DNA from: a virus
Taxonomy: Duplodnaviria > Caudoviricetes
DNA: 64,000 nucleotides
IMG/VR virus record: IMGVR_UViG_3300005937_000001
Coordinates: 1-64,000 of that record
Strand: one strand, 5' to 3'
Of the stretch, positions 31,697 to 42,236 are shown one piece after another. The notes beneath the pieces were generated by a model. It was given only the letters and a program-made list of their open reading frames with translations, made no database searches and was not told the origin of the DNA. Both the position numbers and the translations under genes were made by a program. Within the stretch, counting starts at the first letter, position 1; every line of letters begins with the position of its first letter.

Positions 31697-33064
31697 ATGG
31701 CTATCCCCGACATCGAGAATTTTCCCGATGCGGAGATGCTGGCGGACCCTCCGCGTATCTATCTCGATCGACCTGGCAAGGAGACACTCTACCAAGCGGC
31801 GACGGGGCTAGAGAAAGCGCTCGCTGACAGCGACGCTGAGCGCCTGATCCGCATCTACGCTGAAGCGATCATCGACGTCTGGGACCCGTACCGCATCGCC
31901 TTCCGCAATTTGCCGTTCCTGGCTTGGGCCATGGGCGTCAATATGTGGCAGGACGAATGGCACGAGATTACCAAGCGCACCTGGGTCGCGCGGCAGTGGA
32001 CGTTCAAGTCGTTGCGTGGCACTGCCGACGGCACACGCATGGCGATCGATTACATTGGTCGCGACGTCTCGCCGTTCGGCTATCAGGCACTTCACTTCAC
32101 GGTGCCACCGCAGCGCGTGTACTCCGGCCCTTCGTTAACGAAGGAAGAGCGCGAAGCCTGGCTGGCAAACATGCCGCAGCTTCGCGTCTGGCGCGTGCAA
32201 GAACGCGGTTGGGCTCCGCGGGGCAAATGTTTCTACGGTGGGTCCAGCAGCGCACGACAGCGCAATTTTAGGTTCTATCTCGGCGGTGTCGATGCCAGGC
32301 CTTTCGGTTGCTGCATCACACCTACGACCGCGATCGAGCGCCTGCACAGGCGTGCACGCTGGATCGTGCGTGGGGTGGAGACCGACGTCAAAGTAACCGA
32401 GTTCGGCTCTTACTGGCGCTTGCACTTGCGCGGCCAAGAGGGCAGCTCGGTCTATACCAAGCGACCGTTTCACACGGTACGCCCGAAGCGGTTCTATATT
32501 CCAACCACCGCGGCCAAGCGTCTGATCACGATCATGGCGCGCGAACGCCTGCCCTGGCGCACGCCCGCGTGGGCAAGTCTCGAACCATTGACGGTGCAGC
32601 CGGATCACATCGTCATCAACAGCACGCGCAGACGGAGCGTGTTCTGCGACGTGCCGGCGACTGGGCCTTTAGTCCCTAATCCGCTCAGCCAATACTACGT
32701 GCCGTCGGATGCGTGGTCGCGCATCTACGAGCGCTACTCCATCAACGACGGTTCCACCGAGCTGAACAGTCGGCGCCCCGTGCAATTCATGGGGACTGGA
32801 CGTTATGGCTTCCCGAAGTACACCGCGTGGATACGCGTCTCGCTGCGCAGTCTGCGTCCGTGGGCAGTGTTCGGCGGCATTCCGCAAGATCGCTACTTCC
32901 AACCGCATGATCCGACGCCAGTGCAGCGAGCCAAGACCGCAGTGCTGGCCTCGAAGAAGATCGCTGATCGCGTTCTGCTGGAGCTGGGACCGGTGCCGAG
33001 CTTCATCGCTGGTCGACCATTCCTGGCAGGCAAGCAGAGTTTCATCGTCGGCAGATCAATTTGA
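31697..33064 (+). CDS. P2 gpI-like tail formation protein (extended)
   Basis: WDPYR...LPFLAWAMGVNMW...KRTWV...SLRGTADG. Confidence 0.85.
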   Translation: MAIPDIENFPDAEMLADPPRIYLDRPGKETLYQAATGLEKALADSDAERLIRIYAEAIIDVWDPYRIAFRNLPFLAWAMGVNMWQDEWHEITKRTWVARQWTFKSLRGTADGTRMAIDYIGRDVSPFGYQALHFTVPPQRVYSGPSLTKEEREAWLANMPQLRVWRVQERGWAPRGKCFYGGSSSARQRNFRFYLGGVDARPFGCCITPTTAIERLHRRARWIVRGVETDVKVTEFGSYWRLHLRGQEGSSVYTKRPFHTVRPKRFYIPTTAAKRLITIMARERLPWRTPAWASLEPLTVQPDHIVINSTRRRSVFCDVPATGPLVPNPLSQYYVPSDAWSRIYERYSINDGSTELNSRRPVQFMGTGRYGFPKYTAWIRVSLRSLRPWAVFGGIPQDRYFQPHDPTPVQRAKTAVLASKKIADRVLLELGPVPSFIAGRPFLAGKQSFIVGRSI

Positions 33065-33087
33065 TCGACGATCCATAGGAGCTTCAA

Positions 33088-35427
33088 ATGGAATCGAAAG
33101 TGATCTTCCGCGACTATCAGGAGCAGCAAGCTCAGGATCACAACGATCTGCAGACCTTCACCGAACGGACCTTCGATCACCTCGTGCTCGATGCCGTCAC
33201 TGCGGAGAGGCGTTACGCAGGGTTCAACGTTACCAAGACTGGACAGACCGAAATTCAGATTGAGCCTGGCCGTATGTACGACGTGCTGGGCGTGATCTAC
33301 GCAATTAACACCACGACCGTGCAGTCGATGGTGTCGTATCTGGCGCCGGCATACTACCGCTACATTCTGCTTACCGCGGTCGGCAACGATGTCGAGACCG
33401 ACATCGAGGAACGCGACTATCTGATCGACGTCACCTCGGGTGCAACTGAGCCACGCGCGGTCGCCACCACGCGCGCTCGCGTGGCCGTGCTCACGTTTAT
33501 CAGCGGCACGCCGAGCGGTGATCCGATCAAGCCTGCAGTACCAGTAGGACACGTTGCCGTCGCCTACATTCTCGTCGATCCCACGCAAGTGGTTTCGATC
33601 GAGATGGTGGAGAACAACAAGGTCACCTCCACCGACAGCCTCGATCTGCGCACCGATGCGCTGGAATTGTTTGCCGAGATTATCGGCCCCAAGGTGGCGG
33701 CGCTCGCTGCCGACCTGGCAGACCTACGCAACCGGCTCAACCAGATGGGCAACCAGCGCCTGCTGATGGCGGTAGCGCAGGACGTTGCACGCGTGAAAGC
33801 CTCGCTGCGCTACAACGTGACTGGAGCGATTGATTACAGCACTGAGTGGTTCCTCGACGATATCTACAGCGACACCCAAGATACGCACATGCAGGGCTAC
33901 GACTGCATGATCGATGAGGGGTTGCGTTTCGGCTATGACAACATGGACGAGTGGGAAATCAAGCTGTTCAGCGCCAACGACGCGAACGCAGCTTATTCCA
34001 ACGGTCTGCTGCTGCCGAAGTACGAAGAAGTGCTGCGCATGGCGACTACGACGTCCACATCGCCTGATCTCACGCTCGGGATCGCGCAGTATGGCTACCA
34101 AGACATCGAGATGAAGCAGGGCTTTATGAGCCGCACGCGCTTGCGCTACGGCGACTCGTTCTGGGTCTGCTCGAACTCGCTGCAGTGGGACTACAATGAT
34201 GTTTGGGGCTCGACCAATCGCCTGGTCAATGCCTACGGCATGAACCCGATCGCTCCACTCTATGATGAGAACACCGGTGTGACGTCGACGCGCATGACGA
34301 TGATCGGTGCGCAAATTTACGGCGCCGGTCTCACCATCAATCACGAGCTGTCACGCTACGACCACTACTGGCTCGACACGTGGAACGAGCCATTCATGTA
34401 CGCCATCACGGTCGACCACGAGATTAGGGGCGCGTTCGTCGCCCAGACATTCTTAGTGGCCAACGATATCTGGGCCACGTCGCTGCACTTCTATGTCAGC
34501 GCCAAAGGCGCCAACGAGAACATTCACGTCGCGCTTACCGAGCTGCACGCCGGCGTGCCGGACCCTGAAAAGACGATGGTCAAGGTTGTCCACCCCGAGG
34601 CCAGCATCGTGGTTGGCTGGAACAAGGTGATGATCCCACCGACGTTCATGCGCAAGGGCGCGAAGTACGCGATGTGCTTGATCAGCAACGCTAACCATCA
34701 GGTCGGCATGGTGTCTGGTCAGAAGTATCTTGACGGCACCTTCTTCTACTCGACTGACGGCGTGTATTATCAAGGCGATCTGACTAAAGACTTGATGATG
34801 CAGGTTTGGGGCGCCTACTTCAATAATTCGCAGGTCGTCATCGAGTTCGAGCCCATCAACCTTGATGGCGGTTTCCGCAATATCGATCTTCTCGCTGAAA
34901 TGTGGGTGCCGTCGTCAGCAAAGATCATTTTCGAGATGAAGCCCAACGGTGTTGGCGAGTGGCAGCCGCTACTGCAAGACAACACCGACGTGCTCTCGAT
35001 TGCACCGACGATGGCTTACTTCCGTGCTCGCTTCGATGGTAGCCGCGACATGCATGGTGCGATCAGGCTCACCGGTTCGCGCATGCGAGCGTGGCGCCCA
35101 AAGACGCACCTCACGCACACATCCAACGGGATTGTGCTGGCATCTAACTGCGGAACAGTCCTGGTCACTTGTGTGCTGGAGCATTTCGATGAAATCCCGC
35201 ACGATCACACGTGCAAGCTTTTGACTGGACCGACCTACACGACCATCGAAGACCCCGATGCAACGGTGACCAAGCTCACTGACGCATTGGCTGGACGATG
35301 GGAGCGCGTCTATACGTTCAATATGTCGCCGGCGATCTCGCAATTCTTGGTGCTGCAAACCGGCGCCACTAATTCCGCGCAGAATACGTTCCACGTCGCG
35401 GAGCGAACATTCTTAGGTCTACCGTAG
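33088..35427 (+). CDS. large baseplate / fibre-attachment structural protein (DUF4815-like)
   Basis: 779 aa; VAQTFLV..DIWATSLHFY, GTFFYSTDG..YQGDL.KDL motifs; between gpI and the fibre. Confidence 0.6.
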   Translation: MESKVIFRDYQEQQAQDHNDLQTFTERTFDHLVLDAVTAERRYAGFNVTKTGQTEIQIEPGRMYDVLGVIYAINTTTVQSMVSYLAPAYYRYILLTAVGNDVETDIEERDYLIDVTSGATEPRAVATTRARVAVLTFISGTPSGDPIKPAVPVGHVAVAYILVDPTQVVSIEMVENNKVTSTDSLDLRTDALELFAEIIGPKVAALAADLADLRNRLNQMGNQRLLMAVAQDVARVKASLRYNVTGAIDYSTEWFLDDIYSDTQDTHMQGYDCMIDEGLRFGYDNMDEWEIKLFSANDANAAYSNGLLLPKYEEVLRMATTTSTSPDLTLGIAQYGYQDIEMKQGFMSRTRLRYGDSFWVCSNSLQWDYNDVWGSTNRLVNAYGMNPIAPLYDENTGVTSTRMTMIGAQIYGAGLTINHELSRYDHYWLDTWNEPFMYAITVDHEIRGAFVAQTFLVANDIWATSLHFYVSAKGANENIHVALTELHAGVPDPEKTMVKVVHPEASIVVGWNKVMIPPTFMRKGAKYAMCLISNANHQVGMVSGQKYLDGTFFYSTDGVYYQGDLTKDLMMQVWGAYFNNSQVVIEFEPINLDGGFRNIDLLAEMWVPSSAKIIFEMKPNGVGEWQPLLQDNTDVLSIAPTMAYFRARFDGSRDMHGAIRLTGSRMRAWRPKTHLTHTSNGIVLASNCGTVLVTCVLEHFDEIPHDHTCKLLTGPTYTTIEDPDATVTKLTDALAGRWERVYTFNMSPAISQFLVLQTGATNSAQNTFHVAERTFLGLP

Positions 35428-35434
35428 GAGATGA

Positions 35435-35668
35435 ATGATGGCAGTCGATCTAGGCACTTTGTCTGACGACGTTCAGTATCGCGTAAAACTCAGCAAGCCC
35501 GTCGTGATCGGACAGCTGACATTGTCACCCACCACACTGAACACCGTGAAAGGCAGAGTGCTGAAAGGTTTCCCAGCTGACTCGGTAGAAGCGGTGGAAG
35601 AACTACGCGCAGGAGATGCCGGTGGCGCAGCGTTTCGAGCAACAATACAGAACCAAGAGGCTAGATAA
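35435..35668 (+). CDS. small tail-region protein
   Basis: AGGAG RBS; YRVKLSKPV. Confidence 0.6.
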   Translation: MMAVDLGTLSDDVQYRVKLSKPVVIGQLTLSPTTLNTVKGRVLKGFPADSVEAVEELRAGDAGGAAFRATIQNQEAR

Positions 35669-37475
35669 TCTTGGTGATCCTGAGTTTCATAACCGGCGCT
35701 GGGCGGATATCGACCGGCGCATGGATGCGCGTGAGAACGACGCAACCAAGATCGACAATGCAGTTGACTCTCTCAAGACCGTAGCGCTTTCCCGCCTCAA
35801 CGACGATCTGACACCGATCATTCAACAGGCGATTGATCGACTGGTTCAGTTCGGTTTGCTGTTCAGCGCGCATTCACACACTGAGCGCACGATCGAACTA
35901 GGCAATATGCAGTTCTTGATCGACGAGGGCGAGCGTGAAGGGTTCGTTGCCACGGGGTTTCTGATCATTCGGCCGGTGGCCAACCTTGCCATCGGCATGA
36001 CTGCGCGCACGCTAGATTATGTTCCGCAAACGGGCGTGCTCACGGTCGAGTCCTATACCGCTATCGGTGGCGGTGTTTACGCGGAGTGGTCGATCGGCGT
36101 CACCGGCGATCCCGACCTGGCGCACTCGACCCGCTCCGATAACCCACACCAAGTCACTGCGGAGCAGGTTGGTGCCTACAGTAAGCAGCAGAGCGATAAT
36201 CAGTTCACGGCGGAGATAGCGGCACGCACCGCTATGATCACCGATGCATTGAACACGCTGGTCGGGGGTGCTCCGAGTACGCTCAACACGTTGGCTGAAA
36301 TTGCTCAAGCGCTCGGCAACGATGCCAACTACTCTGGCACGATCGAGACCGCGCTCAGCAACCGCGTTCGCTACGACGACAACCAGACGCTGAGCATTCC
36401 GCAGAAGCAGCAAGTCGGTCTCAACGTCGGTGGCACCTCTGCGCGCATGCTGTTGCCGATGGATACGGCTGGACGCCTTCCGCGTGTTGATGCTTCCGCG
36501 ATCGAGTTTGTCTCGCGAGTGCCAGAGGGACGATTAAATCTCAACACGTGGCAAACTGGAAATCTGAGCAACACGTATTCGCAGGTCATCTACTACAATC
36601 CGGTTAATGGCAAGACTGTGCCGGTTTATGACCCTGCCTACGGTTACTTCCGCGCTCGTCAATTCACGCTCAACGATACCTCTCTGACAGGCTTGTCGTT
36701 GAACATGGCCGGCAATGCCGCCTTTCCAGTTGGTGTCTACGACCTATGGATAGCTGACGTCGGTGGTGCGATCGCTCTTGGCGTAGGTCCATCTTGGCCA
36801 GTGAATCACAACTGGTCCGGCGGCGCGCCGATACGCAACGTGGCGCAAGGTGGAGTGCCCACGCCTTACGCTGGTTTGTTCGTCAACAGCGCACCAATGC
36901 CCTTCCGTTACGGTGTGACGAACTTGATCACTGTCCCAGCCGGACATGCAACGTGGGTCGGCACCTGTTGGGTTTATCCGACTGTTGGCATCGTTCGCAT
37001 GGATCGCCACAAGGGCGATGAGCCTGGGCAATATGGCTGCTGTGGTCTTTGGAACAAGTACAACAAGATCAGACAAGCCATCAGTCGCTCCGACACGCTT
37101 GGCAGTTACACGCACGCATCGGGCGGTGCCTGGTCGCCACAGGCCAATCACACTGGTTGTAACGATTACATCTTCTGGGTTACCGGCGAGACTGCTCCAT
37201 ACTCGGCCTATTATCGCCAGATGTGTTATGCCCACAGCGCCGGCGGCATTGCGTACATCAGCATTGGGTTGAACGGCAATCCAGGTTACAGCACGTACGG
37301 CTACGCGCACATTCAGATCGGTGGCAACTACATGGACATGTATGCGTTCGCTGATCTCTGGAACGTCAATCCAGGCATGAACTATCTGTCAATGTACACT
37401 GTGAGCAGCGGCGTCTATTTCCAATTTTTCGGCACTCACCCAAACTGTCAAATGACGCTGAATTGGGATTGTTGA
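35616..37475 (+). CDS. tail fibre protein
   Basis: DNPHQVTAEQVGAYS and APSTLNTLAEIAQALGNDANYS fibre motifs; aromatic beta-rich C-terminal tip. Confidence 0.85.
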   Translation: MPVAQRFEQQYRTKRLDNLGDPEFHNRRWADIDRRMDARENDATKIDNAVDSLKTVALSRLNDDLTPIIQQAIDRLVQFGLLFSAHSHTERTIELGNMQFLIDEGEREGFVATGFLIIRPVANLAIGMTARTLDYVPQTGVLTVESYTAIGGGVYAEWSIGVTGDPDLAHSTRSDNPHQVTAEQVGAYSKQQSDNQFTAEIAARTAMITDALNTLVGGAPSTLNTLAEIAQALGNDANYSGTIETALSNRVRYDDNQTLSIPQKQQVGLNVGGTSARMLLPMDTAGRLPRVDASAIEFVSRVPEGRLNLNTWQTGNLSNTYSQVIYYNPVNGKTVPVYDPAYGYFRARQFTLNDTSLTGLSLNMAGNAAFPVGVYDLWIADVGGAIALGVGPSWPVNHNWSGGAPIRNVAQGGVPTPYAGLFVNSAPMPFRYGVTNLITVPAGHATWVGTCWVYPTVGIVRMDRHKGDEPGQYGCCGLWNKYNKIRQAISRSDTLGSYTHASGGAWSPQANHTGCNDYIFWVTGETAPYSAYYRQMCYAHSAGGIAYISIGLNGNPGYSTYGYAHIQIGGNYMDMYAFADLWNVNPGMNYLSMYTVSSGVYFQFFGTHPNCQMTLNWDC

Positions 37476-37477
37476 TC

Positions 37478-37744
37478 ATGCCGCATCCGGTCGTTCCAGG
37501 TTTCGTTACGCCTTTCGATGCTACGCCGCAGGCAACGGGTCTCTTAGGCCGCGGACCAGTCGTGCAGCTTGACGACAAGATACGCACGCTGTTTCCAGTT
37601 GTTGTCGCTGTCAGCATCGGCAACATCGACGACAAATCGACCTGGAAACTTTACTTCAAGCCAGAGGCAACGCAGGCCGAAAAAGATGCGGCACAGCAAG
37701 GTGTCAACGACCTGGACGTTCAAGAGGCGTTGAAGCAGCCATGA
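37478..37744 (+). CDS. putative fibre assembly / chaperone protein
   Basis: Directly after the fibre; VSIG..DDKSTW.L.F..EATQAEKDAAQ. Confidence 0.6.
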   Translation: MPHPVVPGFVTPFDATPQATGLLGRGPVVQLDDKIRTLFPVVVAVSIGNIDDKSTWKLYFKPEATQAEKDAAQQGVNDLDVQEALKQP

Positions 37745-37941
37745 GGATACGGGTCAAGGACACTGAGGTTGAGTATTACTCGCGGGCGAAGCGTGATGGC
37801 GCGCTGGTGCGCGTGCAAGGGCAGATGTGGCACGTGCAGGGTGTCACCGCTGACTTGGTTTCCAACCCAGACTCAATTCCCCAGTTTAGCGGCTCGCAGG
37901 GCGAGCAGCGGCAGTGGTGGGTCGAATTGATCGAGGCTTAG
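37741..37941 (+). CDS. hypothetical protein
   Basis: ATGA coupling. Confidence 0.55.
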   Translation: MRIRVKDTEVEYYSRAKRDGALVRVQGQMWHVQGVTADLVSNPDSIPQFSGSQGEQRQWWVELIEA

Positions 37942-38193
37942 ATGAACCAAATCAAGACCACGCGGTATGAGGTCGAGCTAGAGACCGTCAGCGACGTTGC
38001 TGTCACTGCTATTTTTCGTGACGACGTGGTAGGCGATTTCTATCGCGACATCGTCTTCTTTGGTGAACCGCCGGAGCCGGTAGAGGGCACAGCAGTAGTC
38101 GACACATCGACGATCCCCACGCTGATGAGGGTCAGGATCAGAGCGTCCGCTGTCGATTCACTCAAGATCACGGTGCCGCAGGACGAGTTCTAA
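37942..38193 (+). CDS. hypothetical protein
   Basis: GAGG RBS. Confidence 0.55.
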   Translation: MNQIKTTRYEVELETVSDVAVTAIFRDDVVGDFYRDIVFFGEPPEPVEGTAVVDTSTIPTLMRVRIRASAVDSLKITVPQDEF

Positions 38194-38205
38194 CAGGAGA
38201 TCGCC

Positions 38206-38427
38206 ATGCCTTACCCAAACCCTTCCGTTGCGCCTCGTATCTTGAGCATCTTCACCGCGCGCACTCCACTCGCTACTGTCAGGCAGTACAACTACGTCGG
38301 CTACTTCGATGCCACCATGGCGCCGACCCTTCCGATATTCACCAACGCGCCAGTCTCGAAGCTGCTCGCGCTTCGCACCGGTGTTCGGTTTCCATACGCG
38401 ATCGTGCCGATGAAATTTAAGGTCTGA
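38206..38427 (+). CDS. hypothetical protein
   Basis: AGGAG RBS. Confidence 0.55.
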   Translation: MPYPNPSVAPRILSIFTARTPLATVRQYNYVGYFDATMAPTLPIFTNAPVSKLLALRTGVRFPYAIVPMKFKV

Positions 38428-38603
38428 TGGAGGACCTGACCGGCAGCATTCAGCGAGTATGCGACGGTCTCGCTGATGAAGCAGCTAATCGTGTGAGTGC
38501 TGATCTCTCTGGTGAGCAGATCGATATTCACTCCGTTGTCTATCGTCACGTCAGACAAGTTCTTATCGACTGGTTCCTGGGTGAGTTCATCCCTGGGCGC
38601 TGA
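38427..38603 (+). CDS. hypothetical protein, 58 aa (not in ORF track)
   Basis: TGATG coupling; MEDLTGSIQRVCDGLADEAANRVS...VLIDWFLGEFIPGR. Confidence 0.5.
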   Translation: MEDLTGSIQRVCDGLADEAANRVSADLSGEQIDIHSVVYRHVRQVLIDWFLGEFIPGR

Positions 38604-38648
38604 GTCGTTCGCTCTCATCAATCGCCACTAACGCAAAGGAGCACCGTC

Positions 38649-40559
38649 ATGGCGCGCCCGACTTTTGGCTTGGAATTTTTTCGCGTGGACGATCAACCGC
38701 AGCCCGTCGTCGGCGCGAACATGGACGTCATTGGCATCGTCGGCCCGTGCTCCACAGCAGACGAGGAGGCATTCCCACTCAACACTCCCGTCTACATGTA
38801 TTCCAACGATCTCCCCACCCTCGCCAAGCTCGGTGATGGCAGTGGGTACTTCGACGGGTACATCGCCGACGCCATCAACGGCATCAACGCCCAGCTCGCC
38901 GATTTCCAAATCGCCGCGCAGCTGATCATCGTGCGAACCGAATACGGCACGCACGCCGACGCCAATCTCAAGCTGCAGCAGACTATCGCCAACATCATGG
39001 GGCAGTCGGTGATGGGCAACGGCATCTGGGCCCTGCTCAAGGCGCCGAACAAGCTCTACTGCACCCCGCGCATCATTATTTGCCCTGGCTACACCGGTCA
39101 GATGGCGAACTCGCTCAATACGCTCAAGACCAGCACTGTTGGCCGCGGCTACATCCCGTGGGGTGAGTACACCGTCAGCTTCGGGCCTGGTGTCGCCGAG
39201 ACCAATGGCGCGAACCTGGTCATGCCCACCGCGCACGTCGTAGCCAACGCTGAGGGCGAAATCCACGACGACGACATCTACATCGATGGTTGGGGTGCCT
39301 GGCTCACCGATGCTCCGACCGCCACCATCACGCCACCGGACGGCCCCCCGATTGACGCTCTCGCGGCTAGTGGCCAGATCATCTTTTCGCGTGAGCCTGG
39401 CATCGGATCGACGATCTCGCTCGGCGGCACCACGATCACCTTCGTGTCGGGCACGCCGACGGGCAATCAGGTGCAGATCGGCGGCAACCTCGACATTACG
39501 CTCACGCGGCTGCTCGACTTTCTGCAGAACTCACCCGACCCCAACATCGGCGACAACGATTACTCGCTGGTGCAAGGCACGCTGCTGATTGTGCAGAAGG
39601 AGACCGGCGCAGCTGGCAACGGCTATCAGCTGCGCAGCACGGTCACTGGCTCCTCGCTCTCAGGATCGCACCTCACGGGCGGGCGCGACGCGCAGCCACC
39701 GACGCAGGCGGTGCTGGTCGCCACCATGGCGCTCGGGGCCAATCCGATCGCCTCGATGCTCGGCGGAGTGCTCGACGGTCTCATTGGCCATGCTATCGTG
39801 GAGAGCGCCGGTATCAGCGAGGTCGCCGATAAGAACTGGCGCACGACGCTCAACCATCCTCGCCTGATCGGCGTGAGCGGCGGCGTCAAGATCATGGACC
39901 CGATCACCGGCGACATCATCGTGCGTCCGATCGCCGGCCGCATCGCCGGCCTCATGGTTGCGCAAGACTTCCGCATCGGCTTCCCCTCGCACTCGTGCGC
40001 GAACCGGCCGATCCAGGGCATCGTCGGTCCTGCACGCTCGATCGAGTTCTCGCTCACCGATGGCGACACCGAAGGGCAGCAAATTCTCGCTGCCAACCTC
40101 GGGGTCGTTGTGCGCGGCTTGATCGGTGTCGAGACCGCCATCAGCTCCGGCGGCTTCGTCTTCATCGGCACCGACAACATGGGCGACGATGAGTTGTGGA
40201 GATTTTACAACGTTATGCGCATGCGCGATTACATCCACCTTTCGCTCATGCCGGCGCTACGCACCTATCTCGGCCGCAGCAACATCACGCGGCAGACGAT
40301 CAGGAACGTTCTCTCCACGGTCGATCACTTCCTCTCGTCACTGGTGGCGATGGGGCAGCTGCTCGGTAAGAAGGTCACTTTCCGCGGCAACCTTAACTCT
40401 GCCGAGGAGATCAGGCTCGGGCATCTCACCATCGGCTTCCAGGCGGAAGAGCCGACAGTCCTGCGTCGTATCACCACGATGAGCGCGAGGTACAGACCTG
40501 CAATTGATCAAATGGTAGCTCAACTCGAACAGGAGTTGAACATCGGTGCAGCGGCCTAA
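38649..40559 (+). CDS. contractile tail sheath (P2 FI-like) with an inserted domain
   Basis: MDVIGIVG...FPLNTPV, TPRIIICPGY, HSCANRPIQGIVG, F.FIGTDN, WRFYNVMRMRDYI, IRLGHLTIGF. Confidence 0.9.
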   Translation: MARPTFGLEFFRVDDQPQPVVGANMDVIGIVGPCSTADEEAFPLNTPVYMYSNDLPTLAKLGDGSGYFDGYIADAINGINAQLADFQIAAQLIIVRTEYGTHADANLKLQQTIANIMGQSVMGNGIWALLKAPNKLYCTPRIIICPGYTGQMANSLNTLKTSTVGRGYIPWGEYTVSFGPGVAETNGANLVMPTAHVVANAEGEIHDDDIYIDGWGAWLTDAPTATITPPDGPPIDALAASGQIIFSREPGIGSTISLGGTTITFVSGTPTGNQVQIGGNLDITLTRLLDFLQNSPDPNIGDNDYSLVQGTLLIVQKETGAAGNGYQLRSTVTGSSLSGSHLTGGRDAQPPTQAVLVATMALGANPIASMLGGVLDGLIGHAIVESAGISEVADKNWRTTLNHPRLIGVSGGVKIMDPITGDIIVRPIAGRIAGLMVAQDFRIGFPSHSCANRPIQGIVGPARSIEFSLTDGDTEGQQILAANLGVVVRGLIGVETAISSGGFVFIGTDNMGDDELWRFYNVMRMRDYIHLSLMPALRTYLGRSNITRQTIRNVLSTVDHFLSSLVAMGQLLGKKVTFRGNLNSAEEIRLGHLTIGFQAEEPTVLRRITTMSARYRPAIDQMVAQLEQELNIGAAA

Positions 40560-41065
40560 CGCGAACGTGGGCGACGATTGTTAGCCTGTTGCTTCTTCGT
40601 CGCCCACCTCACGTTGCCTGGACGATAGTCACCGTTCTTGTCTGGGTAGCGATCAAGTGAATGCTGCGGCGATGGGCGCCGGCCTATGTGGTCACGAAAG
40701 GCTGCAAAGTTTCGTCGCCACTTCGCGCTAACTTTGACACCAATCGCGCCATAAAACTTGAAGCTCTCGGTGTTGGGATTGTAGCAACGCCTAATCATCT
40801 CGCACCAAGCACTGTACTCAGGTGTTTGGCGCCGTCTCAACTTGCCGCCGTGCTTAGTTTTGATCTTGCGCCCCACTTCTACACGAAGGTGTCCGCAGGA
40901 CTTGGTGATGCCTCGTCGGAGGTTGGTGCCGATGACGGTCGTGCGCTTGCCGCAACTGCAGCGGCATTCCCAGATCGCAAAGCCGCAAGTCTGAGAGCTG
41001 CCGGCGTGGCGGAGGACGGTCAGTTTGCCGAAGCGTCGGCCCGTGAGGTCGATCATCTGTGTCAT
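40556..41065 (-). CDS. third homing-type endonuclease (IDLTG.RFG.LTV...SLDR...GDY.PGNVRWAT family)
   Basis: MIDLTGRRFGKLTVL, WECRCSCG, TKSCG, TPEYSAW..M..RC, SLDRYPDKNGDYRPGNVRWATKKQQANN; antisense insertion between sheath and tube. Confidence 0.85.
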   Translation of the reverse strand: MTQMIDLTGRRFGKLTVLRHAGSSQTCGFAIWECRCSCGKRTTVIGTNLRRGITKSCGHLRVEVGRKIKTKHGGKLRRRQTPEYSAWCEMIRRCYNPNTESFKFYGAIGVKVSAKWRRNFAAFRDHIGRRPSPQHSLDRYPDKNGDYRPGNVRWATKKQQANNRRPRSR

Positions 41066-41101
41066 GGGTTCAGATAGTACCATATGAATAGGTGACGACA
41101 A

Positions 41102-41614
41102 GTGCCCAACCATCCGTTAGTTCTCGACTACGCAAATCTCTATTGCGGCTCAGCTCCGAACGACGAGACGAAGAGCAATCATCTCGTTCTGACGGAGCTG
41201 ACTTTACCGACGCTTGAAATCCAATACGTCGATCACCGTGCCGGCGGCGCGCCGGTGGCGGTCGAGATCGACGTTGTCATGACGCGGATGGAGCTGTCAT
41301 TCGAGATTGTCGGCATCACACCGCAGATCATGGCGCTGCTGCGCAATCTCGAGTCAAGCAAGCACGACTTCTTCGCCTACGGAAATTTGCGCGACTACAT
41401 GAGCGGCGACGCGATGCAGCTCGAAGCGATCTTCCGCGGGCAGCTCGCGCGCGTGGAGCCGCGCCCGATCAGGCGCGGCAACGTCTTTCACATGAAATAT
41501 CAAGTGCGCGGGCTCATGCGCTACGAGCTGTACATCGGTGACGACAACGTTCCGATCTATCGCTGGGACTTTTTCAACAACGAGTTTGAGTCCGGCGACA
41601 TCATTGGCACATAA
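41102..41614 (+). CDS. tail tube protein 1 (P2 FII-like)
   Basis: ELTLPTLEIQYVDHRAGG, LSFEIVGITPQI, F.AYGNLRD; follows the sheath. Confidence 0.8.
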   Translation: MPNHPLVLDYANLYCGSAPNDETKSNHLVLTELTLPTLEIQYVDHRAGGAPVAVEIDVVMTRMELSFEIVGITPQIMALLRNLESSKHDFFAYGNLRDYMSGDAMQLEAIFRGQLARVEPRPIRRGNVFHMKYQVRGLMRYELYIGDDNVPIYRWDFFNNEFESGDIIGT

Positions 41615-41627
41615 GGGAGCATGACCC

Positions 41628-42233
41628 ATGCCGAATCCCGTCTATGTAATGGACTACGCCAACTTGTTCTGCGGTTCTGGACCCGCAGATGATGAGGCCT
41701 CGAACCACCTGATCCTTACAGAAGTCAATCTTCCGGCGATGGACGTGCAGTACGCTGACCATCGTGCGGCCGGCGCGCCAATCTACATCGAGCTTGATAC
41801 CGGCATGGCGCGTCTGGAATGCACCTTTGTCCTTGTCGGCATCACGCCACAGGTGATGAACCTGGTGAACAGTTGGATCACCACGGAGCGCAAGTTCTTC
41901 TGCTACGGCAACGTGCGTGATCACAACAGCGGCGTCGCTCTGCAGGCTGCTGCTGCTTTCATCGGTCAGCTTGGACGCGCCGATCCGCAGAACTTCCGCA
42001 AGGGCGATGTGATGCACACCAACTATGCCATCCGTAGCATCACGCACTACGAGTTCGCGCTTGCCGATCAGCCTTTGGTGCTATGGGACTTTTTCACCAA
42101 CACCAGGTTTTTCGGTGGCATGGATAAGAACGCGGAGATCAACTCCAACCTCAACATCATGGCGCCGGCGCCAGAAGTTCTGCTCAGAAACTTCCAGGTC
42201 GCGCTCGATCCAGGCGCCGGCGGACCAGGCTAA
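41628..42233 (+). CDS. tail tube protein 2 (paralog of tube 1)
   Basis: EVNLPAMDVQYADHRAAG, CTFVLVGITPQV, YGNVRD; GGGAG RBS. Confidence 0.8.
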   Translation: MPNPVYVMDYANLFCGSGPADDEASNHLILTEVNLPAMDVQYADHRAAGAPIYIELDTGMARLECTFVLVGITPQVMNLVNSWITTERKFFCYGNVRDHNSGVALQAAAAFIGQLGRADPQNFRKGDVMHTNYAIRSITHYEFALADQPLVLWDFFTNTRFFGGMDKNAEINSNLNIMAPAPEVLLRNFQVALDPGAGGPG

Positions 42234-42236
42234 TCG

